Positions 24,408-32,716 of a DNA stretch of 56,585 nucleotides are shown here, in pieces. The stretch spans positions 1-56,585 of IMG/VR virus record IMGVR_UViG_3300010043_000001. One strand, written 5' to 3'. Both the position numbers and the translations under genes were made by a program. Source of the stretch: a virus. The stretch's first letter is position 1. Every line of letters starts with the position of its first letter. The notes under the pieces were generated by a model. It saw only the letters and a list, made by a program, of their open reading frames with translations, was not told where the DNA came from and did no database searches.

Positions 24408-25538
24408 ATGCCTATCAACGAAAACACAACCACTCAACCGGTAAGCAACGTCTGCCGACGCTGCGGTACCGCAACCGAAACCCTAACCCAAATTTATCCG
24501 CGCTCGAACCCCTACCACAACGGATTTACACGCGAACAGTTACGCGCATCCTATCTATGGTGCAACGCGTGTTGCTCCACTCACAGCTTCCGCTGCCGCG
24601 ATTGCAGGGTACGCCAAGTCCGGAACTTCCAGCATTGGAGCGATGGAATCTGCTATGAGTGCGAAAGCAATTGGCGTCATTGTTATGTATGCAATGACGT
24701 CATACGCGCAAGCGAATCCCACTACTGCAGCTATCACGATGAGTCCTATTGTGAATCGTGCTGGCAGGATCACGACTGCGAAGATAACCGCAGCACGTCA
24801 CGCATCCTGGAATACGACGATAAACCGCGTCCCCGTTTTTTCGGCGACGCCAAGTTCCGCCGCTACGGGATTGAACTCGAAACCGACGTCCAAAATAAGC
24901 CGCGCGACGCACGGCGTGTCCTTGACTCCTTCGGTACCGATCATGCTTATCTGAAAAGCGATGGAACAATTGCTTACGGGTTCGAAATCGTAACTCACCC
25001 GCACACCGTTGCTTTACACCGTGCTCTGTGGCAGGACTTCTTCACTTGGGCGTCGCGCGATGGATTTAACGCCGACGGCAACGGCATGCACGTGCACATG
25101 GAACGACGCAAGCTTACGCCGTACCGCATCGCCATGATGCAATCGTTTCTGAACACTCCCGCTAACGAATCGTTTGTGGTGGAGATTGCAGGACGGCGAA
25201 GCGATAGATGGGCGAAGCTGCAACCCCACCTGTCCAAGATGAGCCGCTATGAAGGTAGCCAAGACCGCTATCAGGCGTTGAATCTGACCAACCGTGACAC
25301 CGCCGAAATGCGGATCTTTAAAGGTACGCTGGATCCTCACCGGTTTTTCGCCAACCTGGAATTCTGCGACGCACTCTGTGATTGGACTGCACGCGTTTCG
25401 TACCAATCACTCACTGTCGATAACTTCTTGGCCCATGTCCGTAACTCGCACACCTGGACAGATCTGGACGCGTTTCTGGTAAGCAAGACCTATCTCCCAC
25501 GTGCCAGTAAACCTAACCTCCAAGGAGGTAACCGCTAA
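24408..25538 (+). CDS. Amidoligase_2-family (glutamine-synthetase-like) enzyme with Cys-rich N-terminal extension
   Basis: ORF 24327..25538 with the start moved to ATG 24408 (MPINEN). YGIELETDV...LKSDGTIAYGFEIVTHP...GNGMHVHM...TAEMRIFKGTLD fits the remembered PF12224 pattern. The N-terminal ~130 aa hold about 20 Cys in CxxC-type pairs. Confidence 0.65.
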   Translation: MPINENTTTQPVSNVCRRCGTATETLTQIYPRSNPYHNGFTREQLRASYLWCNACCSTHSFRCRDCRVRQVRNFQHWSDGICYECESNWRHCYVCNDVIRASESHYCSYHDESYCESCWQDHDCEDNRSTSRILEYDDKPRPRFFGDAKFRRYGIELETDVQNKPRDARRVLDSFGTDHAYLKSDGTIAYGFEIVTHPHTVALHRALWQDFFTWASRDGFNADGNGMHVHMERRKLTPYRIAMMQSFLNTPANESFVVEIAGRRSDRWAKLQPHLSKMSRYEGSQDRYQALNLTNRDTAEMRIFKGTLDPHRFFANLEFCDALCDWTARVSYQSLTVDNFLAHVRNSHTWTDLDAFLVSKTYLPRASKPNLQGGNR

Positions 25539-26383
25539 TGTGCTTACTCATCGCATCACCCAACGGAATCAGACCTGACGCAGATGTGCTCCTGGAAGCT
25601 AGCCACGATAACCCGCATGGCTGGGGTATCGTCTGGTATCACCGTGACCGACTCAAGGTAACCAAAGGGCTGGAAACGCGCGACGCGGCTATTCAGTTAG
25701 ACCGTCTCTCCGCTGGTACGCCGTTCGTGCTCCATTACCGCTTCACGACGCATGGTAAGACCAACATCGATAACTGTCATCCGTTCCGACTCGGCAAGTG
25801 GGGCTACGTTGCCCACAACGGGATTCTGAGAGTCCCCACGCCGAATCCAGCCATGAGCGACACATGGCATTTCGCGCGGTTGCTGGTTACCCCATACCTC
25901 AAGCAACAACCCACAGACCGGCAGTTACTCGATATGACGGAAAAATTTGTGGGCGCAGGAAATAAAATCGCCTACATGAAAAAAGATGGCACGATCTTAA
26001 TCGCCAACGAACGCTACGGCGATTGGATAGACGGCGTCTGGTACTCGAACCTTTATTCGCATACGCGAAGCTATTACTCCGGCTCCTATGACCCTTGGGT
26101 GCAACGCTACGGGCGAAGCAAGTACACGACGTATTACCGCAAGCAACCCGCGACAGCTTGTACCGCTATCACCAAATGGGACACGGGTGAGCAACCCATG
26201 ACCTACAACCACTACAACAACCCCCACTGGTCCGAGACGCTCACACCGGGCGACTACCGCGTCGATTTCAACGATATCCAGCAATGCGACGGGTGCGGAC
26301 GAGATGTCCGCCGCATGTATTACGCCGAGATTTATTGCGGTTACCTGTGCGGCGACTGCTACGGTGCAGTGGAGTCGATGTAA
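25538..26383 (+). CDS. Class-II glutamine amidotransferase-like (Ntn, Cys2) thiol peptidase/amidotransferase
   Basis: Tracked 281-aa ORF. It starts MCLLIA, has HGWGIVW...VLHYRFTTHGKTNIDNCHPF...YVAHNGIL, and carries a C-terminal zinc ribbon CDGCG...CGYLCGDC. The start overlaps the amidoligase stop. Confidence 0.7.
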   Translation: MCLLIASPNGIRPDADVLLEASHDNPHGWGIVWYHRDRLKVTKGLETRDAAIQLDRLSAGTPFVLHYRFTTHGKTNIDNCHPFRLGKWGYVAHNGILRVPTPNPAMSDTWHFARLLVTPYLKQQPTDRQLLDMTEKFVGAGNKIAYMKKDGTILIANERYGDWIDGVWYSNLYSHTRSYYSGSYDPWVQRYGRSKYTTYYRKQPATACTAITKWDTGEQPMTYNHYNNPHWSETLTPGDYRVDFNDIQQCDGCGRDVRRMYYAEIYCGYLCGDCYGAVESM

Positions 26384-26394
26384 ACCCTCAACCT

Positions 26395-26422
26395 GGGGTC
26401 CTGGGACGCGTCCCAGGACCCC
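26395..26422 (+). terminator. Perfect 13-bp palindromic hairpin after the GAT-like gene (no T-run)
   Basis: GGGGTCCTGGGAC-GC-GTCCCAGGACCCC. Confidence 0.4.
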
Positions 26423-26440
26423 GGATAGGAGATACAACCC

Positions 26441-26575
26441 ATGATGATTATGCCAACGATTCGAATCTACCTTAACGATGTACCGGGTGCACCATGGTGG
26501 CGAATTTGCCATGTGCCTGTACGCCAGACCATGGTATGGGTAGGACCGTTGTTCATCCTGATTCAACGACACTGA
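26441..26575 (+). CDS. Possible small protein (44 aa)
   Basis: Below the track cutoff. AGGAG lies 9 nt upstream of the ATG. Translation: MMIMPTIRIYLNDVPGAPWWRICHVPVRQTMVWVGPLFILIQRH. Confidence 0.3.
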   Translation: MMIMPTIRIYLNDVPGAPWWRICHVPVRQTMVWVGPLFILIQRH

Positions 26576-26757
26576 GGAAACGCCGACGCCCAACCACGAA
26601 TGGTGGGCGTCCCTAGCGTAGTCTATAAGATAATAATACCTTATAGACTTAAATTAGCTTGACGCGCACGCGCGTAGCACGAACCATCATGATCGTGCTA
26701 CGCAGGGTAGCCCTGCCTGTAGCGTGGTAAGCTAAAAAACAGCGAGGGAAAATCAAA

Positions 26758-26952
26758 ATGAAAACAACCCTTCTTACCTACACCGTGGAGGTCATCGAAT
26801 CGGACGGCGTCACCGAAATCCAGATCTACGGCCCGCACGGCCTGATCGCGAGCGGCCTGTTCGAGGACACCGGCGGCATAGCAGACTTCATCGGTCGCAG
26901 TATCGAACGCAACGCGGGAGCGGTAATCGAGACCGCACAAAGGCGGCACTAA
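26758..26952 (+). CDS. Hypothetical early protein (64 aa)
   Basis: Tracked ORF with GAGGGA upstream. Confidence 0.5.
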   Translation: MKTTLLTYTVEVIESDGVTEIQIYGPHGLIASGLFEDTGGIADFIGRSIERNAGAVIETAQRRH

Positions 26953-27052
26953 GGCCCGCACAAAGGCCGCACAACCATTTGACATCTAGCTACAATCGAT
27001 GTTACTATATAGCCAGCAACGCACGCAGTTAAGAAAGGAGAACGGCACAAAG

Positions 27053-27244
27053 ATGCTGAAGAAACCCTGTGAAATCTGCGGCACTATCATCACCGTCCAC
27101 TGCACCAGGGAGCAACTGATGCGCTGGATGGGCGGCACTAAGATCCAGGACGCCATGCCCGACGTCCCCAGAGCCGAGCGCGAGATGCTGTTGAGCGGCA
27201 TCTGCGGCACCTGCTGGCAGGATTTCGCGGAAGGAGTGAACTGA
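27053..27244 (+). CDS. Hypothetical Cys-containing protein (63 aa)
   Basis: Internal ATG (MLKKPCEICGTII...) of ORF 26999..27244, with AAGGAG upstream. Contains CEIC ... CGTC. Confidence 0.5.
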   Translation: MLKKPCEICGTIITVHCTREQLMRWMGGTKIQDAMPDVPRAEREMLLSGICGTCWQDFAEGVN

Positions 27245-27531
27245 TGACCGAGATCAAGGTCACCCCCGATTACCAGAACCTGTTTCGTAACATGCTCGAA
27301 CAGGCGCGGCTGGAAGCGCGGGCCAGGAACCTCTTCGGGGAATCCCTGCCGCCCGACCTGGAGCCGGTGGCGCTGCGCACCGTGCAGCGCTTCCTGGCCC
27401 CGCTGAACATCGCCGCCCAGTGCATGGTCACCACCACCGCCGTCGAGCAGTTCCGCGACGTGCTTCACCAGATGGTCCAGGATATCGACTGCACCGCTGC
27501 CCGCATGGAGCGCGACCTGGAGGAGGAATAA
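27244..27531 (+). CDS. Hypothetical protein (95 aa)
   Basis: Tracked ORF with a TGATG overlap onto the upstream gene. Confidence 0.55.
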   Translation: MTEIKVTPDYQNLFRNMLEQARLEARARNLFGESLPPDLEPVALRTVQRFLAPLNIAAQCMVTTTAVEQFRDVLHQMVQDIDCTAARMERDLEEE

Positions 27532-27533
27532 AA

Positions 27534-27827
27534 ATGGCCCTGTGGATTAAAACCGATTCGCAAACCGAGACCGTCACGCCCCAAAACGGCACCCGCTTCA
27601 CCCTGGAGGAACTCCAGAATTTCGTGGGGGGGTATATCGAACCCCTCACCCTCAAAGACGGCTCCATCATGTGGCTCAACGAAGAAGGGAAGCTCAACCA
27701 GCTTCCCTATAACCCGATGGCCAACCGGATTGCCCATGAGCAGACCGGGATCGCCTGGGACGACGGCATCGTGGGCAACGTGCTGATCGCGACCCGCGCC
27801 GAATCCGGCGACGAAGAGGAGGACTGA
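27534..27827 (+). CDS. DUF3846-like protein (97 aa)
   Basis: Internal ATG (MALWIKTDSQ...) of ORF 27420..27827. TLEELQNFVGGYIEPL...WLNEEGKLNQLPYNPMAN...GNVLI resembles DUF3846 from memory. Confidence 0.5.
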   Translation: MALWIKTDSQTETVTPQNGTRFTLEELQNFVGGYIEPLTLKDGSIMWLNEEGKLNQLPYNPMANRIAHEQTGIAWDDGIVGNVLIATRAESGDEEED

Positions 27828-27828
27828 C

Positions 27829-28113
27829 ATGACCAGATTCAAACCGATTGTGGATTGGGACCTGGATGAAGCTACGTACGTAGGCGACGGCGAAGATGGC
27901 TGCTATTTCCTGGCCCAGGAGCACAAGAAAAAGTGGTACGTCACCGTGGTCGTGGACTGCAATACCGCGCACTTCTGTGACGACCTGGAAACCGATGCGG
28001 GGCCGTTTAACACCCGCGCCCAGGCCGAAGCCTACGGCAACAACATGGCTACCGACTGGTGCATCAACAACCAAGTGAATTATACGGAGGAGGAGGATGA
28101 CGCTGGTCGGTAA
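27829..28113 (+). CDS. Hypothetical protein (94 aa)
   Basis: Tracked ORF. Confidence 0.55.
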   Translation: MTRFKPIVDWDLDEATYVGDGEDGCYFLAQEHKKKWYVTVVVDCNTAHFCDDLETDAGPFNTRAQAEAYGNNMATDWCINNQVNYTEEEDDAGR

Positions 28114-28303
28114 GCCGGTAATTCGCGAGACGGGGGCGCTGTACCGGCGGCGTCCCCTGGTCGTCACCATCCAGCCCCGCCACCTGGAACTGCGCGAGAA
28201 AGGACGCCGCGACACGCTCAGCCTGGACTACCTGACGATCTACGAAATGGCCATGAAGATCCGCTGGCGCAAACAACAAGTGGAGAAAAGGAAACGACCA
28301 TGA
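28097..28303 (+). CDS. Hypothetical protein (68 aa)
   Basis: Tracked ORF with GGAGGAGG upstream. Confidence 0.5.
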   Translation: MTLVGKPVIRETGALYRRRPLVVTIQPRHLELREKGRRDTLSLDYLTIYEMAMKIRWRKQQVEKRKRP

Positions 28304-28491
28304 GCCGCACCCTCACCAACGACGAACGCGAAACCTTGGAAGCCGCGCTCGAAAACGCGCGGCAGACCCAGACCGACTTCTGGATGGCCCTGGGCGATCT
28401 GGAATCGCTGCTCGACAGCGTGGAGGTGGATGAAAACCGGGATCTGGAAGAAATCACGGTAGACGATCTTCTGGAAATGGAGCCGTCATGA
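28300..28491 (+). CDS. Hypothetical acidic protein (63 aa)
   Basis: Tracked ORF with ATGA overlaps on both sides. Confidence 0.5.
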   Translation: MSRTLTNDERETLEAALENARQTQTDFWMALGDLESLLDSVEVDENRDLEEITVDDLLEMEPS

Positions 28492-28697
28492 ACTACGTAC
28501 CCCTCATCCCCGAGCGGCTGACCTATGCCGAAACCGCCCCTGGCGAACGCTACGAAGTGTGGCGCACCCCCCAGGGGCGCAGCCGTTTTCAGGTGGTGTT
28601 TTTCCGGCAGGGAGTGGCCGTCAACCAGCACTATTACAACGACCTGATCAGCGCCCGCAAGAACTTCGAGCGCATGGTGGAGGAGAAGATCCGATGA
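28488..28697 (+). CDS. Hypothetical protein (69 aa)
   Basis: Tracked ORF with ATGA overlaps. Confidence 0.5.
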   Translation: MNYVPLIPERLTYAETAPGERYEVWRTPQGRSRFQVVFFRQGVAVNQHYYNDLISARKNFERMVEEKIR

Positions 28698-28972
28698 ACG
28701 TCAAGCAACTCAGCCGGTACGCGGAATTCGTCACCCTGATTGCACGCCTGACCAAGCCCACCGAGATCCAGGGGGGCATGAGCCTGGAGGACGCCTGGGA
28801 CACGCTCCAGCGCATGATCAGTGACGCCCGCGTCCTGAGCGGAATCAAACCCGGCTACCCGGAGTTCTGCCCCGAATGCCTGGAGCGGCCCCTGGTCCCC
28901 GAAATCGGCCTGTGCCACCAATGCTGCACAACCTCGCGCCAACTCAAGCTGGAGGATCGGGAGGAGACATGA
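28694..28972 (+). CDS. Hypothetical protein (92 aa)
   Basis: Internal ATG (MNVKQLSRYAEF...) of ORF 28559..28972, with an ATGA overlap. C-terminal CPEC...CHQCC. Confidence 0.5.
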   Translation: MNVKQLSRYAEFVTLIARLTKPTEIQGGMSLEDAWDTLQRMISDARVLSGIKPGYPEFCPECLERPLVPEIGLCHQCCTTSRQLKLEDREET

Positions 28973-29127
28973 CCAACGAGCAGTTCTACGTGTTAGCCGC
29001 CATTCCGCTGGTGGGGATTCTGATGAACGCGGCACTATTCATCTACCTCGGCGGACGCATCGACAAGCTCACCGAAAAAGTGGACGACCTCGACAAGCGC
29101 GTGGCCGTCCTGGAGCACAACTCATGA
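28969..29127 (+). CDS. Small membrane plus coiled-coil protein (52 aa)
   Basis: Internal ATG (MTNEQFYVLAAIPLVGILMNAALFIYLGGRIDKLTEKVDDLDKRVAVLEHNS) of ORF 28876..29127. Same architecture as 31856..32074. Confidence 0.45.
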   Translation: MTNEQFYVLAAIPLVGILMNAALFIYLGGRIDKLTEKVDDLDKRVAVLEHNS

Positions 29128-30161
29128 ACAGCGCAACTCTTCCGTTTTCCATGAAAGAAGTACTGAAGGAATATCAGGGGTCGCTCGAAAAGGCCATGGA
29201 AACCCTGCGCCCCGACCTGCTGGCCAAGTTCTACCCGCGCATCTACGAGAATACGGGCCGCTACCACTCGCCCCGGCAGTGCGCGGCTTTTCTCGCCAAC
29301 AGCGTGGCCGAAAGCCTGAACATAGGCTATCGCCACGCTCCCACCTCGCATAAAATCCTCATGCCGGCGCTGGAACAGATGTCGCGCCGCCGCATGCCGC
29401 TATTGTTCCTGGCCCCCGACCTCGTGGAAGCCGTGCAGCGCACCGATTTCCACGACGATATCGACTGGACTGAAATGCACCTGCCCTACGAGCAGGGCAT
29501 CTTCATCCTGCCGCGCGGCGCGTTCCGGCACCCGGAGGACGGCGACGTCTCCATGATCGTGTGGATGCGCCTCCAACCGGGCGACTATCCGCCCCCCGAC
29601 CCAGGCATTCCCGTCATCAGCATCAACAGCCTGTCGATGGCCATCCTGGCGCTGTGCCCGGAAAACTGCATCTGGTACGACTCCTGCATCAACTCCAGCA
29701 ACCGCCCCACCATCCGGCTCAACAACCTGTTCTACCGCCAGCCGGGGGAAACGTACCCGCTGCGGGCGGTAGGATTCTTCGACTCGGACCTCAGCGAAAA
29801 GGACCAGGAGTTCCTGGAAAAGATGGGCACCATCACCTTCGGGACCTTCCTCGCCATGCACGCGCGGCCCGAACTGGTCGAGCACGGCAAACTGCTGCGG
29901 CGCGTCGGCAAGGCCGGACAGGCCCGCGAGTTCTGGTCACCCAACATCGTGGGGCCGCGCTACCGCCTCAAAAAGGAAGTGCCGCGCATCGTCGGCGGCA
30001 GATTCGTCAGCGCCACCACGCGCGAAACCGGCAGTCACGCCAGTCCCCGGCTGCACTGGCGGCGCGGCCACTTCCGCAATCAGGCGCACGGGGCCGGACG
30101 CCGCGAGCGCAAAACCATCTGGATCGAACCCATGCTCATCGGAGCGGAAGGAGATTTATGA
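29124..30161 (+). CDS. Hypothetical protein (345 aa)
   Basis: Tracked ORF. No family recognised. Confidence 0.65.
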   Translation: MNSATLPFSMKEVLKEYQGSLEKAMETLRPDLLAKFYPRIYENTGRYHSPRQCAAFLANSVAESLNIGYRHAPTSHKILMPALEQMSRRRMPLLFLAPDLVEAVQRTDFHDDIDWTEMHLPYEQGIFILPRGAFRHPEDGDVSMIVWMRLQPGDYPPPDPGIPVISINSLSMAILALCPENCIWYDSCINSSNRPTIRLNNLFYRQPGETYPLRAVGFFDSDLSEKDQEFLEKMGTITFGTFLAMHARPELVEHGKLLRRVGKAGQAREFWSPNIVGPRYRLKKEVPRIVGGRFVSATTRETGSHASPRLHWRRGHFRNQAHGAGRRERKTIWIEPMLIGAEGDL

Positions 30162-30523
30162 AACCGAAAGAACGCCACACCCATGAGGGCGCACTGGTCA
30201 CCGAAATCTGTAAATGCGGCGCGGTACGCAAAGACTACGGCAAATGGGTGCGCCAGGACCAGGAAGTCAATCAGGCTGCGAAGATGCTGGTCAACCGGTA
30301 TCTCGCGCAGTCCACCCCGGAGGAACGCAGCGAACGCGCCACCCAGGCCGTGGCCACCCGCTGGAAGGGCAGAAGCAAGAAAGACAAAAGCGAATTCATG
30401 TCCTGGATGGCCAGCCACCCGCGCCCTGGCCGCAAGGTCCAGGAACGCTGCCCCTGCGGAAAATATTCGGTCAATCTGGCCTACAAGCGCGGCCACAAAT
30501 GCAGCCCACCGGCTGCCACCTAA
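30158..30523 (+). CDS. Hypothetical basic Cys-containing protein (121 aa)
   Basis: Internal ATG (MKPKERHTHEGALV...) of ORF 29561..30523, with an ATGA overlap. The upstream part of the tracked ORF is off-frame R/P/G-rich sequence. Confidence 0.5.
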   Translation: MKPKERHTHEGALVTEICKCGAVRKDYGKWVRQDQEVNQAAKMLVNRYLAQSTPEERSERATQAVATRWKGRSKKDKSEFMSWMASHPRPGRKVQERCPCGKYSVNLAYKRGHKCSPPAAT

Positions 30524-30535
30524 GAAAAGAGAGAC

Positions 30536-31453
30536 ATGACCGCACAACTCATCCCGTATGCCAATCCGCTCGAAACCATGCTGGAACTGCTGCTCAATTC
30601 CGTGAGCAGCCCGCATACCCGGCGCAGCTACGCCCAGGGGCTGGCCGAATTCCACGCCTGGAAACGCCATCACCGCCTGGGCTTCACCCGCGCCACCGTG
30701 CAGGACTGGCGCTCCAGCCTCATGGAACGCGGACTTGCGGCTTCCACCATCAACGTGCGCCTCGCCGCCATCCGTAAACTGGCCCGCGAGGCGGCTTTAA
30801 ACGGCCTGCTAAGCGCCGAGACGGCTTCCGCCATCGCGCAGGTCCCCGGAGCCAGGGAAAGCGGCACAAGGGCTGGAAACTGGCTCAGCCAGGGTCAGGC
30901 CCAGAAGCTGCTCGAAGCTCCCGAACCCGGCACCCTCAAAGGCAAGCGGGACCGCGCCGCGCTTGCCCTGCTGGTGGGCTGCGCCCTGCGCCGCCGGGAA
31001 GCCGCACAACTCGAATTCCAGCACATCCAGCAGCGCGATGGCCGCTGGGTGATCGTGGACCTCAAGGGCAAGGGCGGGCGCATCCGCACGGTTCCGGTCC
31101 CCGGCTGGGTGAAAGCCGCCATCGACTGCTGGGGCGCAGCCGCACAACTGAACTACGGGCCGGTGCTGCGGGCCATGAACCGGCATGGCCGGATCACCGG
31201 CACCAGCCTGAGCGAACCGGCGCTCTGGAAACTGGCGCACCGCTATGGCGCGGAGATCGGGGTGGAACTCGCCACCCACGACCTGCGCCGCACCTGCGCC
31301 AAGCTCTGCCGCCGACACGGCGGCGAACTGGAACAGATCCAGCTTCTGCTGGGCCACGCCAGCGTCCAGACCACCGAGCGCTACCTCGGAACCCGGCAGG
31401 ATCTGGAAAATGCCCCCAACGACCACCTGGGGCTGAAGTGGAGAGACGAATGA
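30536..31453 (+). CDS. XerC/XerD-like tyrosine recombinase (second recombinase)
   Basis: Tracked 305-aa ORF with LVGCALRRREAAQL ... HDLRRTCAKL ... LLGHASVQTTERYLG (R, HxxR, H..Y). Confidence 0.85.
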   Translation: MTAQLIPYANPLETMLELLLNSVSSPHTRRSYAQGLAEFHAWKRHHRLGFTRATVQDWRSSLMERGLAASTINVRLAAIRKLAREAALNGLLSAETASAIAQVPGARESGTRAGNWLSQGQAQKLLEAPEPGTLKGKRDRAALALLVGCALRRREAAQLEFQHIQQRDGRWVIVDLKGKGGRIRTVPVPGWVKAAIDCWGAAAQLNYGPVLRAMNRHGRITGTSLSEPALWKLAHRYGAEIGVELATHDLRRTCAKLCRRHGGELEQIQLLLGHASVQTTERYLGTRQDLENAPNDHLGLKWRDE

Positions 31454-31656
31454 TCGCATTTCTGATCGGTATTCTCCTGGGCATGATCTACAACTTCCGC
31501 GATTACCCTTTCTACCGCCCGCCGAAATCGCCGCCAGACGCGCGGAAGCCGGAACCGGAATGGTCCGAGTCGCGCCTCTGGGAAGCCCCCGAATGGCGGG
31601 AATGGTGGCGCAAACACGACCAATCGAATCAATCAACCGAATGGAGAGACGAATGA
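31450..31656 (+). CDS. Small membrane protein (68 aa)
   Basis: ATG 31450 (MIAFLIGILLGMIYNF...) within ORF 31438..31656, with an ATGA overlap. Confidence 0.45.
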   Translation: MIAFLIGILLGMIYNFRDYPFYRPPKSPPDARKPEPEWSESRLWEAPEWREWWRKHDQSNQSTEWRDE

Positions 31657-31859
31657 GCACAACCGCAAACATGCTGAGAATCTGCGCCAACCTGTTCGAA
31701 ACCCAGGAAGCGATTCTGCACCGCGCCCTCGAAATTGTGGAAAGCGCCTACCGCTGCCCGGAATGGCTCCAAGCTTACCGCACCGCAGAAAGCGATGAGG
31801 TGCTGGAACTTGTCCGCAAAGCTCTCAAAGTCACCGGGCATGACTTGGAGGTTCAATGA
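31653..31859 (+). CDS. Hypothetical protein (68 aa)
   Basis: Internal ATG (MSTTANMLRICANLF...) of ORF 31560..31859, with an ATGA overlap. Confidence 0.5.
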   Translation: MSTTANMLRICANLFETQEAILHRALEIVESAYRCPEWLQAYRTAESDEVLELVRKALKVTGHDLEVQ

Positions 31860-32074
31860 ACGAACCCGTAGTCACCGCACTGATCGCGGCTGCTTCCAGC
31901 GTGATTGTGGCGGTGACGGCACTAGTGCTCAACTACCGGGGATTCGCGTCCCTGGATGCGCGGATGCTGCGCCTGGAGCAGCGCATGGATACGTTTCAGC
32001 ACGACCTGACCGAGTTCTACAAATCATCCGCTGAACTGGATAAACGCATCACCCGCCTGGAGGACAAACCCTAA
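31856..32074 (+). CDS. Small membrane plus coiled-coil protein (72 aa)
   Basis: Tracked ORF with an N-terminal TM (VVTALIAAASSVIVAVTALVL) and then ...ELDKRITRLEDKP. Confidence 0.5.
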   Translation: MNEPVVTALIAAASSVIVAVTALVLNYRGFASLDARMLRLEQRMDTFQHDLTEFYKSSAELDKRITRLEDKP

Positions 32075-32421
32075 TGCCTAACACAGTGCCGAAATCCGTT
32101 ACCTGCCGCCGCTGCCAGGACCGCCCGCAGTTCGACACCATCGGGGAACTGCGCAAGCACCAGTGGGCCGCGCACCCGGAAACCTACAAAAAGACGATCA
32201 AGGCCATGATCAAGTCGCGGCATCCGCTCGCCGTCCGCAAAAAAATCGGCGAGGGCGTCCACCGGCATTACACAGCGCGGCGCGTTGCCAGCGTGAAACT
32301 GCTGGGCAACGGCTTACTAGCTTCCGATCTTCTAAAAGAACTACAAGGCCAGCAGAAGTTTATGAACGATGTGGTAGCCCTGGTCTCAAGTTTGATCGCG
32401 CAACATGAGGCAAACAAATGA
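32074..32421 (+). CDS. Hypothetical protein with C2H2-like motif (115 aa)
   Basis: Tracked ORF containing CRRCQDRPQFDTIGELRKHQWAAH. Confidence 0.5.
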   Translation: MPNTVPKSVTCRRCQDRPQFDTIGELRKHQWAAHPETYKKTIKAMIKSRHPLAVRKKIGEGVHRHYTARRVASVKLLGNGLLASDLLKELQGQQKFMNDVVALVSSLIAQHEANK

Positions 32422-32699
32422 GTAGCTTGCAATTCGGGACTCTCAAGTATCTGATCGCCCATGAAATTACCGTGGAGCATCTGGGCATCTACAACCTGAC
32501 TACTCTAGGCTCCCTGATCCAGCGCGGCTGGGTCGAGCGCCAGGGCAGTAAAATCGCCGTGACCAAGGACGGGCAGGAAGCCTACGACTCCTACAGTCGC
32601 GGCGGTCCCAACTATCGCTTAAAGGAGGGCGAACTCAGTGAACGCGTACGGCTGATGCTGCACATCAACAAACTGCGAACCATGCCCAAAGCCAGTTAG
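32418..32699 (+). CDS. Hypothetical protein (93 aa)
   Basis: Tracked ORF with an ATGA overlap. Confidence 0.5.
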   Translation: MSSLQFGTLKYLIAHEITVEHLGIYNLTTLGSLIQRGWVERQGSKIAVTKDGQEAYDSYSRGGPNYRLKEGELSERVRLMLHINKLRTMPKAS

Positions 32700-32716
32700 T
32701 AGAGAGGATACCTAAA

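Noticed and set aside
29561-30157. The N-terminal 199 codons of tracked ORF 29561..30523 (and similar long shadow ORFs such as 13550..13987, 33103..33528, 35959..36921).
   Set aside because: These are R/P/G/H-rich off-frame sequence overlapping well-supported genes. Only the C-terminal parts that start at ATGA-coupled ATGs were kept.
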